Shown here: piece by piece, positions 24,334-36,427 of the stretch
Position numbering within the stretch: the stretch's first letter is position 1
Layout: each line of letters starts with the position of its first letter
Source of the DNA: Eutreptiella sp. 'Long Island Sound 2002'
Lineage: Eukaryota > Protista > Euglenida
Reading direction: 5' to 3'
DNA: 64,000 nt
Assembly: GCA_964036045.1 (NCBI GenBank)
Contig: OZ038378.1
Location: 6,572,001-6,636,000, forward strand
Position numbers and translations under genes: made by a program
Notes under the pieces: model-generated
Databases searched by the model: none
Seen by the model: the letters and a program-made list of their open reading frames with translations, nothing else
What the model was told of the DNA's origin: nothing

Positions 24334-26079
24334 GGCCAGACCCCCCCCCCCCCCGACCCCCGGCAGGAACACCCCCCCCCCCCGACCCCTGGCAGGACCC
24401 CGCCCCGACCCCCAGCTGGACCCCCCCCTCCCACTGCCCCCCCCCCCAAGTTTTGACAGATAGCTGGGGGGGGTGTCGCATGAGGACCAGTTGTAGTCGC
24501 CCCCCCCCCCCCGGCCGAAAAGGACATTGTGTAGTACTGAGTGCCTCTCAGCTTTTGGACTTGCTGTCACCATTTCATGATTTTTATTCCTCATGCACTA
24601 GTCCAATCCGGGCAAGCATGTGTCTCTGGAGGGGTTCAAATGCCCCCCCAAAGGCATCAGAAGAACACACCGCACCGCACAGCCAAACACGCCTGTGCTC
24701 ATTAACTTTTTTTGCTTCCATGCTTGACTGTTGCCTTTCCCTTGGGCAGCATCCTTTGGTAAGGCCCTGGAAAGCGGTTTGGGCGATGCTTGCCCTAGTG
24801 TAGCACCTGTGATAAGACCTCACAAGTTAATAGTTGCCTTTTGCCTATTGCATCATATGACTCATTGCTGCATTGTTTGATGAGGGTTTTCTTCCTTCCG
24901 TCCACTCCGTTGTTGACAGCAGGGGTACAATGATATCCAATCGTACGTATGTTTCACACTTCATGTTATCACTCTGCACTATACCTTTGTTTAGCAAACC
25001 AGGGAGCACCTTCCCATTGGACACAGTTCTGTAGGGGTGGTGCATCCTAAGGTTTCAAGCCGGCAGTGGTTGGTTGTCCGGGGGTGTGCTTGCAGGGGTT
25101 CCCGGGGGGGGGGGCTCTGTCTGGGATGCACTGGGATTGACCTTTGGCGTACTGCCTTCCCCTTGACTCACTCCTTTCGGTCACTGTCGGCAGGTACCAC
25201 AGCATGTACACTTCTGGGCACACAGCGTTCAGCAGCACAGACACTGCCCAAGTCGTGGTCCCGGAAAAGCATGTATTGACTGAGGCGGCAGTGCCCCCGG
25301 ACGCCATGGACAATGAAAAGTCAGGTGTGTGATATCCGATACGCAGGGATGACGTCTGAAAAGCGTAAATAGTCGCATCCGATCATTTATCCACAAGGGA
25401 GCTTTGTGTGCCATTGTGGTGCAGGCAATAGGCGCCTTTGGTGCGCCTCAGCCAAATGGGGCATCTCAAAAAAGCCTCACATTTTGGGTGGTGTTTTGCA
25501 GAGGCGCAGGCAAATTGCTATGAGACTACGGGGGAGCCAGTGGATACACCGCCGCGATCGCAAGCACATGAAATGGGGGCCTGAAGCTGCTGTTGAGCCA
25601 TTTGTGACGCAGAAGGGCGGGATTGTTTTTCCTTCGGTACTGCTGTCAGAACTCCGTTCCCGAAAGTCATACACTTCAAGATATAGAGAATGCCACTGAG
25701 AAGAGATGTGCAGAATGGTGTTGTCCATGTGTTCCAGGAAGTGTCAAAGGCTACTGCATTGTTGGGTCCACTGGGGGCCTGAAGTGCCTTGTCTTGGCTG
25801 CGCCCCACCATAGAAGTACCCAACGAAATTTGGGGGCAGCGGAGCAGCGGAGAGGGCAATGGTGGGGCAGGGGCAACCGTCAAACTTTCGGGGGGGGGGG
25901 GGGGGGGAGCTGTGGGGGCAGAGCCCTCAGCCGTGCTACAGACGCCAAAGCAGCGGCAGATGGGCACCAAGAAAGCACTGGGTACAGATCTAGACAAGTG
26001 TGCTGAATGGATTTACCGGGCTGGGTCTTTCCCAGTGGAGGTTTTGCAGCCCATGTTAGGATCAAGGGTGAGCGATGTG

Positions 26080-27680
26080 TTTTGACTGGAAGCAGCCAGC
26101 GGCAGCAGCAATAGATGATTGAAAGATTATTTGTGCGGATACCATGGCTCAAAATTGGCAGCCAAGTAGCTCAAAACGACCGCAGCGCAATTGCACATCA
26201 TCTAAAACAAGTTGTGTGTGATTTTGAGCCCTGTAGCCTTTTCTATGGTGAATTTGGTGTCCAAAAACAGCAATTTTCAGCGTGTTGTTAGGATGATTGC
26301 CAGTTTGTTAAGCAGGCGTCTCCAATTAGGGCCATTCTTCTTCCACGGAGAATGGGCGATTAAATGATTGCAAATGGGTGTTCAATGAGGCGTCTCTCAC
26401 ACCGTGATGCTACGCGGTGGTCCGTTTCGAGGTGAAAATGAGCCGTCTTTCAACCAGATTTAAGAGAACCATAAGGACCCTGCTCGGTCCTAGTTGCAAG
26501 TCTTGATTACTGAGCTAGGTCTTTCCTAGTGGACGTTTTACAACCCTTTTTAGGGTCCGGGGTGAGCAACGTATTTTAGCAGCAGCAAGCAGTAGCCGCA
26601 AGCAGCAGGCACATAAAAAGCGTTGGCTCCATGGCTCAAAACAGGCATCCAAGTAGCTTAAAAGAAGCGTAGAGCAAATGTGCATCACCCAAAGCAAGTT
26701 TCGTGTGATTCTGAGCTGACTAGCCCGTTTTACGGCCAGTTTAGTGTACAAAAAATGGCTATTTTCAGCCAGTTTTCAAGACAATTGTCTTGAAAGTTCT
26801 GGACGATCGACAGTCTGTCATGTAGGCATTTCCAATGAGACCGGTTGCACATCGATTGGGCATCAAATGTTTGCAAATGGGATTTCATTGAGGCGTCTCT
26901 CACGCCGTGGTGCCATGCCGTGGTCCGTTTTGATGTGGAAATGAGCCAATTTTGAGGATGATCGTCCTACAAGTTCAAAACGATGACCAGTGTGTCACAG
27001 GCGTTTCCAGTGAGGGCCATTCTTCTTCTACATGGATCGGGCTATCAAATGGTTGCAAATGGGTATTCAATGTGGCATGTCCCTTCATCCAAACTAGGAC
27101 CCAGATTGGTCCTAGCCGTAAGTCTTGATCACCGAGCTGGGTCTCCAAGTGGTTGTACAACCCTTCTTAGGGTCTAGGGTGGGCAGCATATTTTAGCAGC
27201 AACAGCAGCAGCAGCAGCAGCAGCGGGAAGCATGCGCTAAAATGTTTTGGGACATTGTGGCTCCAAATTGCCACCCAAGTAGCTTGAAACGACTGCAGAG
27301 CAAATGCGCATCACCTGAAACAAGTTTCGTGTGATTCCAAGCCTGTTGTATGGCCAATTTGGTTCCCAAAAATGACCGTTTTCAGCCTGTTTTGAGGACC
27401 ATTATCAGTTCAAGACAATCGCCAGGGTACGTGTCTCCAATGAGGGCTGTCCTTCTTCCACATTGATTGGACAATCAAATGATTGCAAATGTGTGTTCAA
27501 TGAGGTGTCTCTTACGCCATGGTGCCATTCAGTGGCCCATTTTGAAAGTTTGAAAGTTCACGATGACTGCTAGTGTGTCATGTAGGCGTGTGCAATGAGG
27601 GGCGTTCGTGTTCCACAGCGATTTCGTATGGCATCAGCAAGACAAGGAACCAGCTTGGTCCTAGTGGTAAGTATTGATTA
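26080..27680. repeat. Degenerate tandem array of 3-4 units of roughly 450-600 bp
   Basis: Recurrent blocks in each unit: ggctc.aaa...ccaagtagct, agggccattcttctt, ttgcaaatggg...tcaatgaggcgtctctcac, cttgat.ac.gagct.ggtct. Confidence 0.75.
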
Positions 27681-28449
27681 GGCGTACTTCCAATAGATTC
27701 ACTTGGTTGGCTGAGACTTCGACTCCTCTACTCAGAAACTGTGTGTCGCTGTTTGTCATTTGCAGTCACGACAGACCGTCGTACAAGTGCTGCATCACCA
27801 CGCCGGTCAGTTTTCCCAGTGTTTCAGTCGAAGATGTGGCATGACCTTGACATTGAGAATGAAGAGGACCAAAAAATCGTCCTCTCGTTTGCAGAGCAGC
27901 TTCAGCCTGGCATTTACCAGATCATCATGACGTCTACTTTGCAAAACATCTTGCACGGCTTGGAGGCATTTTGAGACTGCCTTTCGTTGCCATGACCGAT
28001 CGATTCCTAACCCATGCTTCAGTTCAGGTGACCGGAGTGGAGTGATGCAGAGTGTTTCATTGCCCAGCATTTGGTTTCCCCTCTGATTTGTTCCTCTTAG
28101 CCAACTTTCCAACCCGTCAATGGACCTTTGGCCTGGCCCATCAGCTGTTTCCTCGAGGATCCTTGTGCCAGCACTCCGAGCCGACTGCGGGCTGCTTGCC
28201 GACCCCCCCTCCCCCCGCGTCCCCACTTTCTATGCAAACAATGTCCTGGTGTGAAGAGTGCTGTAGATTGCAGGAGATGTGTGGTGCAGGGTTTCGGAGG
28301 AAAGAACATGATGGAGGACGTTGACAAAGGGGAGTGTTCCTAGCGGCGGTGTTGAGCGCTTTTCAAGCATCTGGAAGGGCACAGTGGTTGGAGAGAAGTG
28401 GAAAGTACAAGGGGGCTGTAGTGCAGCAGAGAGGGGCATATTGCTGCCT

Positions 28450-28912
28450 TGCACCCCCCCCCCCCCCGATCACCTCAGCACCGCGCCCTGCCTGGGTCAT
28501 GGGCAACCGCACCCGGCGTGGCCAGTGGAATCGGAACCAGGCGCATACACCAGTGCACCAGTACACCACCACGCTGGACTGGTTCCGGCCTGTCCCACAG
28601 GGGATCCAGCAGGTGCCCCACCAACGCGCGCGAGCCGCCATTGTCCCAGTGGAGCCGCGGGCTGCGCCATGAGGGCGTGCGCAGGCTGCCGAAGCGCCAC
28701 CCCAGGGCCATTGTGGATGGTGCTACCCGCGCCTCCAAGCCCCCAGTGCCGCACGAAACCCTCGTAGTTGGCGAGACCACCATGTCATGGACAGCCCTGA
28801 ATGTAAAATTGAAGAATTTTTTTGGAGTGTCGAAGTCCAGCGGCACCCTCAGTTCAGTGCCTGCAACACCGCGCACGGCAAAGAGTTCAACGGAGGGTCG
28901 CATGTGTTGCAC
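28450..28912 (-). mobile_element. Probable LINE ORF2 fragment (post-RT region)
   Basis: Open frame containing SCGTGGLEARVAPSTMALGWRFG, resembling the L1/Tx1 GGL...AL..W motif. It shares tggggcacctgctggat with the LINE relic near 30920. Confidence 0.3.
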
Positions 28913-30899
28913 CCCCCATACAAACCACCAGAGTGTTACTCGTTCTGGGTATCACACGCAAGTGCGGCTCCAATGTCTGCCCAACTGCACACGCCTGCGC
29001 GCAGTGCACCCCTGGGGAAGTACAAGTGCACAAAAACGTGCTACACACAAGACATGGGGAAGGCAGGGGTTTCAGGATCTTTGAGTATGCGTGAACCTCC
29101 TTGCCAATGCGCTCGGCTGTACTGCTTTGTCCATATGCACACATCCATTTGTGCGCACGGTGCTGGTCCCGAGGGAGAGAGCGGTGAAGGATGGAGCCAA
29201 CCGCCGCCGGCAGAACCGGGCTCCCAAAAGACACACAAAGTACAGCAAGAGAAGCAAGGGAAAGGAACAGGAAAAAGAACGTGAAGATTGGGGATCGGGC
29301 AGGCACCGCCTGGGCCCCGAGGGCATAGCCGAAATGTGGTGCAGGGGGCCACTCCACCCAATCAGGCTGAGGGAGTCGGGGGGAGGCTGATTTGGTGTGT
29401 GCGTTGGGTGACACCATTGTGACACGAGGCGCTAGACGAGATTTCTGTTGATGCTCCAGCGTGACGTTTGTATTCCTGGTGATTTTGAGGAGGATGACCC
29501 AGAGGTTAGTGGGCGAATATGCACCGTGAAGAGCCATACAGGGGAGGGGGACTGTCACATTGCACCATGAGGTGATATGGGCGTGGGAGATGCAACGGCA
29601 GCGGAGGTGGTCTTATGGCGGATTGGCGACAGTCAGAGTTTTGAATGTCCTGGGGTGCTCGATTCTGCCGTCTTTTTGGGCAACTCCGTTGGTCATGACC
29701 AAAAAGTGAAGCAGCATTTCGAAACCTTCGGGGGCACACAACATGATTTTGCTGTTGCACATGGCCGATGCATCAGAAGTCGGCACAAAAGTGCACAATG
29801 GTTGCGCTATTGTTTAGGCGCGAGGTCTGAAAGTTCAGGATCTGACAGGACGCAGTGTTGCACAGGGGGCAATGGAATGGAGGCCTCCTCAGAGCCGGCC
29901 CAGGCGCCATTCGCCTTCAAGACCCTCACATGACTTCCCTCAGAGGATTTGATTAGCCCTGTGACCTCCTGACTTCAGCGGGACAGGCCCATCCTCAGTG
30001 ATGAGGTGTGTCTGGCTGGGCCCGAGGACAGGCCGGTGCAGCCACTGCTCCCATGGCCTCAGGCATTTCATTTCAGACATCATGACCCTCTTTTCTGAAG
30101 TCCGGACCGCCGGACCTGACCTTAGTCTTTCCAGGCCTTGTGCCAGCACGGCATACGCCCTTGCTTTGGTCTCTCGGCCCTGTGCCTCTCAACCCCCGGG
30201 ATCGCTACCCCTCAACATGTTGCAGTCTTGGACTGTGGCAAACTAAACACAGCACACGGACTTGGATACAGAAATGACACCGAGGACATACTCTGTGGGC
30301 TGTGTCTTTGGTCTTCATCTTCTGAAAAAAGGCGAGAAGGTGTCATTGCCGTTAAAAGGAGCGGGGGCATGTGTGGTTACACGTAGCGACCAGCATAGGG
30401 TGTGAAGCAAAGGAGGCCAATCACACGTTGGAACTCCACACCCAGGACATAGTCCGGGCGCTCATCGATGGGCACTGAATCCGCATCAATGTCTTCGAGG
30501 CCCTAAACCCCATGAGGGGCGATGGCATTCGCGAAGAGTGGGCGATGGCATTCACGGACCAATCAGAGGCACCGCTTTGAGACATTGCTGGTCGGGTATG
30601 GTTTGGCAGCGTGAAGGAAAAATTGGTCACCTTTTCTCTTCCATGTGGTCTCGGAAAACATTGGAATTCACATTGGGACATGTCAAAATTATTCTTCCCG
30701 AGTTCTGATTGTCTTATTCAAGGAATGCTTTTCCTAGATGCAGGTGCGGACACTGAAGTACCCCGATGAATTTTTCAGCCTCATCGGGTGTTGTTTTCGC
30801 GTGTGCCTTTGTTCCGCCTTGGTGTCCTGTTCAAAAATTGACACACCCAAGCCCCTAAATAGGGACACATCTACACATCCCCTCTAGGTGCCCCACTGT

Positions 30900-32040
30900 C
30901 ACCCGACACTTGTATTGGGGTTGGGGCACCTGCTGGATGGCGCCACAATCGGTTCAGGGTTGTGGCTGGCCATATAGCCGAAATCAATTGTTGCTGAAAT
31001 GCCTGCCCTGGTCAGCAATGGCTATTTCCGGTCATGGAACATCACCGCAAGGAGTGGTGTCCATTTCCCGGCGTGGCGTCGGCAGACAGGGTCTTTTCCC
31101 AATGCAACTACCGTCCCATAGGGGCAGCCATCCAGCCCGTAGCAACAGGTCTGGCAGCTGGTTGCTTTGCTGGGCGGCGGTTTCCGCCGCCGGCTGCCAC
31201 CAAGCACACTAATGGACCTATGGGCACAATTTGCACCACTGGGTCACGTTTAGGCAACCTGTTTTACAAGTGCACCCTCCATGATGACACCTTCGACTGC
31301 AAATCAACAAAGTAACCAGCAGCTCTTAATGGTTTTTGTATCACCTCCTTTGTAAAGCACATGCCACGTCAGGAGAAATCAAATGGACATCCTATGTATA
31401 GATGGAGCCATGCTTCGAACAAGGCCATGCATGCAAAAGGGGGAGCAGTGTTAACCACACAGGCAGTGATGTACCAAATGCGGTGGGCAAACCGACACAA
31501 AGCAAGCACAGTTTGCTGTGTGCTGTGGGTATGGATGGCTCAATAGTGATAGCACTCCCACATGCATGGCTGGTTGGGTCACACCATCTTTGATTCACTC
31601 AAGGCAGAAGGATATGCATTGGTTTTCACAGATGGTTCCTCCAAAGATATGGCCGGAGTGAGAAGAGTCGCGGATATGGCATCTACTCCCACCCAGATGT
31701 GAGCGTCGCAGCCTTTGTGCCACACAATCTACAACAAACTAACAACACAGCAGAGCTTTTAGCCGCTATCAAAGCACTGCAAGTTTTACTTTGGCAAAAT
31801 AGCAATTTGTACGGAATACATTTTCTTGGGCCCCACGGGAGCGGCATGTCGCTGGAAAATCAGGGGATGGGTCGGCAGCAGCGGCCCTATATCTAATGTT
31901 TCCCTCTGGGAAATGCTGCTTGAGACGTTGAGTTCTCATTGTGGTTCCATTAAATTTGTCAAGGTCCCCTCTCAAGTTAATATCGTAGAAGAAAACGAAG
32001 CTGATCGGCTTGCAGACCTGAGATGGCTCTCCCACCCCTG
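30900..32040 (+). mobile_element. LINE-like relic: Cys/His-rich domain followed by an RNase H1-like domain (about 31590-32040)
   Basis: ALVFTDGSSK...GYGIYS...QQTNNTAELLAAIKALQ...WKIRGWVGSSGPISNVSLWEMLL...IKFVKVPSQVNIVEENEADRLAD carries the RNase H D-E-(D)-D layout with frameshifts; upstream C*PHRQ*CTKCGG. Confidence 0.75.
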
Positions 32041-33379
32041 ATGCCCGATCCTCCACACACCACTCAAATCCCCAACACAAAACCACACACCACCACTAAA
32101 GAAACAATGGCGACTGTCCATTATTGATCTTGATTCGGTAGCGCACAAGCAAAATTTTCTCACCTGTACGGAGCCCTACACTTGAACAGTCATCAGAGGC
32201 CTGGGATGACCTGGCGCTACGCTTGGAACCAGAACTCCTGGTCAGCGACTGGTCCCCCGCACTGTGCGACTGTGGCTCATCAGAGCCTGACGGCCCTGAA
32301 GCACAGCCATAAGGTGGCGTACCGTGTGCTGTGCACGCGCTGTGCGAAAAGTTGGCTGTTCTCCACCACCGGGAGTTCGGTAAGTTCAGAAGATTGAAAG
32401 GACGTCATTGAATGGCTGCTGCGGTGGACGGGGCTATAAGGGGCAGAATTTAGGTCCCAGGGACCCATGGCAAGCATCAGATGTTTGAATTTTTGAGTTT
32501 TGAATTGATTGTGCATGATTCCGCAGGTGGGTGGTTTTCAGGGTTGTTACCTGGATAATCACCGTGATAATGGGCGCTGTGCCCGCGCTGTGCGCGCGCT
32601 GTGCGAAAACGCCCCCTCAAGGATGAATTAAGTACTGGCCAGGCCACTGGCCAAATGGCAAATAAACACGTTCATGCGTTTATTTTTCAAAAAATGCCCT
32701 TTTTGGGGGGGATAACCGTTGTTTATTGACGTTTATTGGTGTTTATTGACATTTCTACATTCGTTGCTGATGGTTTTTGTCCCCCTTGTGATGTATCCTT
32801 ACATCATTTGTGCGTTTTTGCATCTTTAAGGGTATCGAACTTGGAATCTGTTGCGGATGAGGGGAGGTGATTAGCATTGTGTGTCACCCGGCATGGTGCA
32901 TCATAGTGGGAAGATCTGAGATGTGGGTGATGGCATATATGCACACACAGACACGCCATGTACACTCATTCATGTCATGCACTTTTTTGACAAAAAACAC
33001 AAAAAAGTCAAAAATAAACGTTGAAATAAAGAATCTACTGGCCACTGGCCAAAAACCTCATGGCCAGTGTTTAATTCATCCTTGCGCCCCCTAAGAGAAC
33101 CCTTCTTCTCAGTATGGCCCTTGTCAATCATTTATTTTTTTCCTGCAGCAGAACCACACTCACAGCTGTTTTCACGCGCTGTAGTTTCAAACTGTAGCAT
33201 GTTTCTGCCTCCTCCACAGCACTCAATGCCATGTCACCACCCTGCATGTTTTATCTTTCCTTCTAAAACCAACCTTTCGTTCACGTGGAATGGCCGAAGG
33301 AGTGCCAGCATCACACCATGTTAGCGACTATTCACAGTGCATGTACCTCTTTTGTCGTGTGGGTGTGGATATGATTGTG

Positions 33380-34200
33380 CAGCAGCCATGCAACCCATCA
33401 AATTGTATTCTTGTACATAGAACCACTGTACCCTCCTTGTACCCTCCTGCAGGTGGTTCGTATTGACCTGATAGTGGAGCACCTCAACCAAGAGGGGGAC
33501 ACAAGAACAGATTTGATACCATCTGGACTAATGGCCGGAATTGTCTATGGCGGGGACATTCGGTCTATCATACGGACCCCAGTCCCCTGCATATTCTTCC
33601 AACTATTGGAGCGTGTGCGCTATGAGCAACAAGTAATCACAGCATGCTTGCACCAAGGGATGAAGGGCATGCCCAAGATCTTGAAACGCGTTACACGCTA
33701 GGACACCCCCATGGTAGGGATCCATTCAAACAAGAAAGTTTTTTTGGACAACGCCAGCAAAATATGTTGGCGCTCCATCATCGTCACCGTCCTCTAGCCA
33801 GGGCACTACCGCTCTGAGAGGTCTTGAGCGGTATGTTGCTAGAAATCCATCAGCCACATTCGAGCACGAGCCTTTCGGTCTTGGAAGCGGGTCGCTTGGG
33901 TGAGTGGGCTTATTAGGGTGTTGACCCATAAGGTTTGGCTTTGTTGTTGCCACATCCCAATACGAGTGTCCGCATGCAAACTTGCCGCAAGTGCACAGGG
34001 TAGCCCAAACATGGCAAGCCCGCTCGTACATCCTCAAAGGTGATGTGTGTGTGATACTGGGTTCGTGCTCGGCGCTAGAAGGGCACATACTCGAGGACAG
34101 CCTGAACGAGCTCCTGCAATCTTTGCCATTGGCAGAGAAGGCCATGGAGTACCCTCAATTGAAAGAGAGTGGCATCGAGTGGGCGATGGTTCTCATGGCA
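33380..34200 (-). mobile_element. Degenerate LINE reverse transcriptase fragment
   Basis: HITFEDVRAGLPCLGYPVHLRQVCM and later RVTRFKILGMPF (like V..FKYLG) in RT order; many stops. Confidence 0.45.
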
Positions 34201-34559
34201 GGGTTAGTCCCAAGCAAGCACCAATGGTTGAAGCATGCCGCAGTGTGCTGCAGCACCTGTTTTTGGGGCCTGTTGATGGGGGTTTTGAAGCATGCCGCAG
34301 CATGCTGTAGCACACCGAAAATTGGGTTTGGACGAAAATATTGGACCGAAATCTCAATCCCCTCTCTGTGCAGTTGTTCGTCAGAGATGGACAGTACTCT
34401 AGTGGTTAAATGGTGCATCTGTGATTGAGAGGACTCTGGTTCCATTTTTGGGGGTGGCAATGTGCAACAACCCTGGCAGGGGCAGGCGCAGGGGCACATA
34501 GCCCAACCTGGTCTCCCCCCCTTTTTTTTGCTTTGCTGTGCTTTGGCAGATCATTGTTT

Positions 34560-35500
34560 TCTTCACTTTGTCTTCTGATGTCTGATGTCGAACCCACTGA
34601 GGAGGGGACAACACAACCTAAGAGGAACCAGGAGACAACCAGGAGTACTACAGACTGTTTGCAATGGGCAATTGGAGAAGGCATTGGGCAGTACCTATGT
34701 TGTACAGACACCCAGGGTGAAGGTCAAAATGGGAAATTGTATTGTATTGTATGTGCAGTTTGGCTGTCATCAAAAGGTGCCATCTTGAAGGACCATGTTT
34801 TCGGTAGAAACAAGAAACAACCAGATGGTTCCTATGCCCACCAGCCTCAGGTTAGGGTTAGGTTTTAGCTTCTGGAAAATTTGGGTACCCCCCACCTGCG
34901 ACTTGAAGCATGCCGCAGCACAGCAAATTTTTCTTGGGGACCGTTGGTGCTTGGTCCCAAGGGAGCAACTGTTTGCAATGGTGCGTGCCTCCGGGCAAAG
35001 ACACAATGGTTTGTAGCAAATGTGGTCTACATCGGGGAAGAGGCCTACGAACGCTCGCTGCATTGTAGCATCGGTGAGTGAATGTGGCTGGGCGGTATAC
35101 ATCCACCTTTGAGGAGACACCCATTGCGGCCTCAATGGTGTAACCCCCCCCCCCCCCTGTACAAGAAACACCTTTGCATAGTAAGCGGGGGGGGGGGGGT
35201 GAGGGAACCGTCACTTTCACTTTCCCAAATTTACAGACAAGTTCGATAATGAGCTTCTCCCGCGTGTTTGTTGGTTGGACAAGGTAGTGGCATTTGTGCA
35301 TTGCTGTGTTCTTCATATTTCTTGCATTCAAGGCACTGTACTGGGCCCTGTATCATGCAGACCTCTCAGCTTTGCGCAATTTCAGCCATGGATGCCGGGC
35401 ATATTGACACGTACACAAAGAGTGCGCGTGGAGTATGGGGACTGGCAAATATTTTTGCCAATGGGAAATTGTATTTCACGCGTGACGTTCCTGAGCCGGA
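34560..35500 (+). mobile_element. Possible hAT (DUF659/CGGBP-like) transposase relic
   Basis: Zinc-finger-like KLYCIVCAVWLSSKGAILKDHVFG, then KTQWFVANVVYIGEE (TRW-like), then SALRNFSHG..HVHK (dimerisation-like). Pattern match by eye only. Confidence 0.25.
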
Positions 35501-36320
35501 AAACCTGCCACAGGGGTTGGAACCCCCTGCCAAGCCGGCTGCCAAGCCTGCTCCCAACCACTACCAACCGCCATCAACCACCAATCACCAACCACCAACC
35601 ACCACCAACTGCCACCAACCGCCAGTTGCCAACTGCCAACCGCCAATCGCCACCAACCGCCAACCGCCAACCGCCAACCGCCAACCGCCACCAACCATGG
35701 TTGAACACATGGAGTGCCCGCGGGCTGTTTTGCCAAAACTGTGGAACGGAACACTTTTTTTTTCTGTTAAGGACCGCCCTGCTCCCAAGGCTGCGAAACC
35801 TGGTGCAAAAAGGTACGCAGCCAAAGCTGCTGCCAAACCTGCTGCCAAGGTGGCAGCCAAGCCTGCAGCCAAGCCTGCAGCTGGAGAGCCCATCCCTGTG
35901 GCCCCTGTTAAGGCATGTGCAGCTCTTCCAAGTCAAATACTCTCACCAAAGAAAGTGGTAAACAGAGCCTGTGCCTCAACAGACCTGAACATGCATCTCA
36001 GACAGTAGTTTTGAAGTGTTTCAGTAGTTCAGGTGGTCCCTGTTGAGCATGTGCAGCTCTTCAAAGTCGAATACTCCTGCCAGAAAAGGGGGCACACACA
36101 GCATGTGTCTCAGTGGACCTAAGCATGCATGTCAACAGGCCTTTTTCAGGTTGTTCAGTGGTTCATATGCCCTGTTATTTGCCTGTCTTGCTTCGTGTCG
36201 CGCGTCCCTTGCATAGTAAGCGGGGGGGGGGGGGCGAGGGAACCGTCACTTTGGGTACATTCCCTCGGTGGTGTGAGGGAACCGTCACGCGGAGGTGTTT
36301 CTTGTACAGGGGGGGGGGGG
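35146..36320. mobile_element. Inverted MITE ends bracketing about 1 kb of unrelated sequence
   Basis: ccccccctgtacaagaaacacc at about 35150 versus ggtgtttcttgtacaggggggg at about 36293. The internal tgcatagtaagcggggg...gagggaaccgtcacttt occurs at both about 35176 and 36210. Confidence 0.55.
35558..35781. mobile_element. 5'-truncated copy of the hAT MITE at 20032-20360
   Basis: Same CCAACC satellite, same ccaaccatggttgaaca core and same right TIR GGACCGCCCTG; flanked by CTCCCAA direct repeats. Confidence 0.75.
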
Positions 36321-36404
36321 GTAGTATGGTATGGTGTGGTGTTGTGCGGTGTGGTGCAATGTGATGTGTTGCCTTGTTCACTGAATATAGGCACTTTCTC
36401 AGTG

Positions 36405-36421
36405 TCAATTTTTTTTCGTAG
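36405..36421 (+). promoter_or_regulatory. Putative spliced-leader trans-splice acceptor for VPS72
   Basis: tcaatttttttt-cgtag (poly-T then AG), 6 nt before the ATG at 36428. Confidence 0.5.
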
Positions 36422-36427
36422 TACATC

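Noticed and set aside
24192-24803. 203 aa Pro-rich ORF
   Set aside because: Built from GCT repeats, telomere-like repeats and C-runs.
26080-27680. CRISPR-like or regularly spaced array
   Set aside because: Units are hundreds of bp long, degenerate and lack unique spacers; no cas genes; eukaryotic context.
28780-28860. Cadherin-like or peptidase-like motif VPLDFDTPKKFFNFTFRAVHD
   Set aside because: Single short resemblance; surrounding sequence fits a LINE fragment better.
35268-36008. Bona fide histone H1 gene
   Set aside because: Only a short PAAK repeat, no clear start or trans-splice site, and embedded in transposon debris; kept as a finding rather than a gene call.
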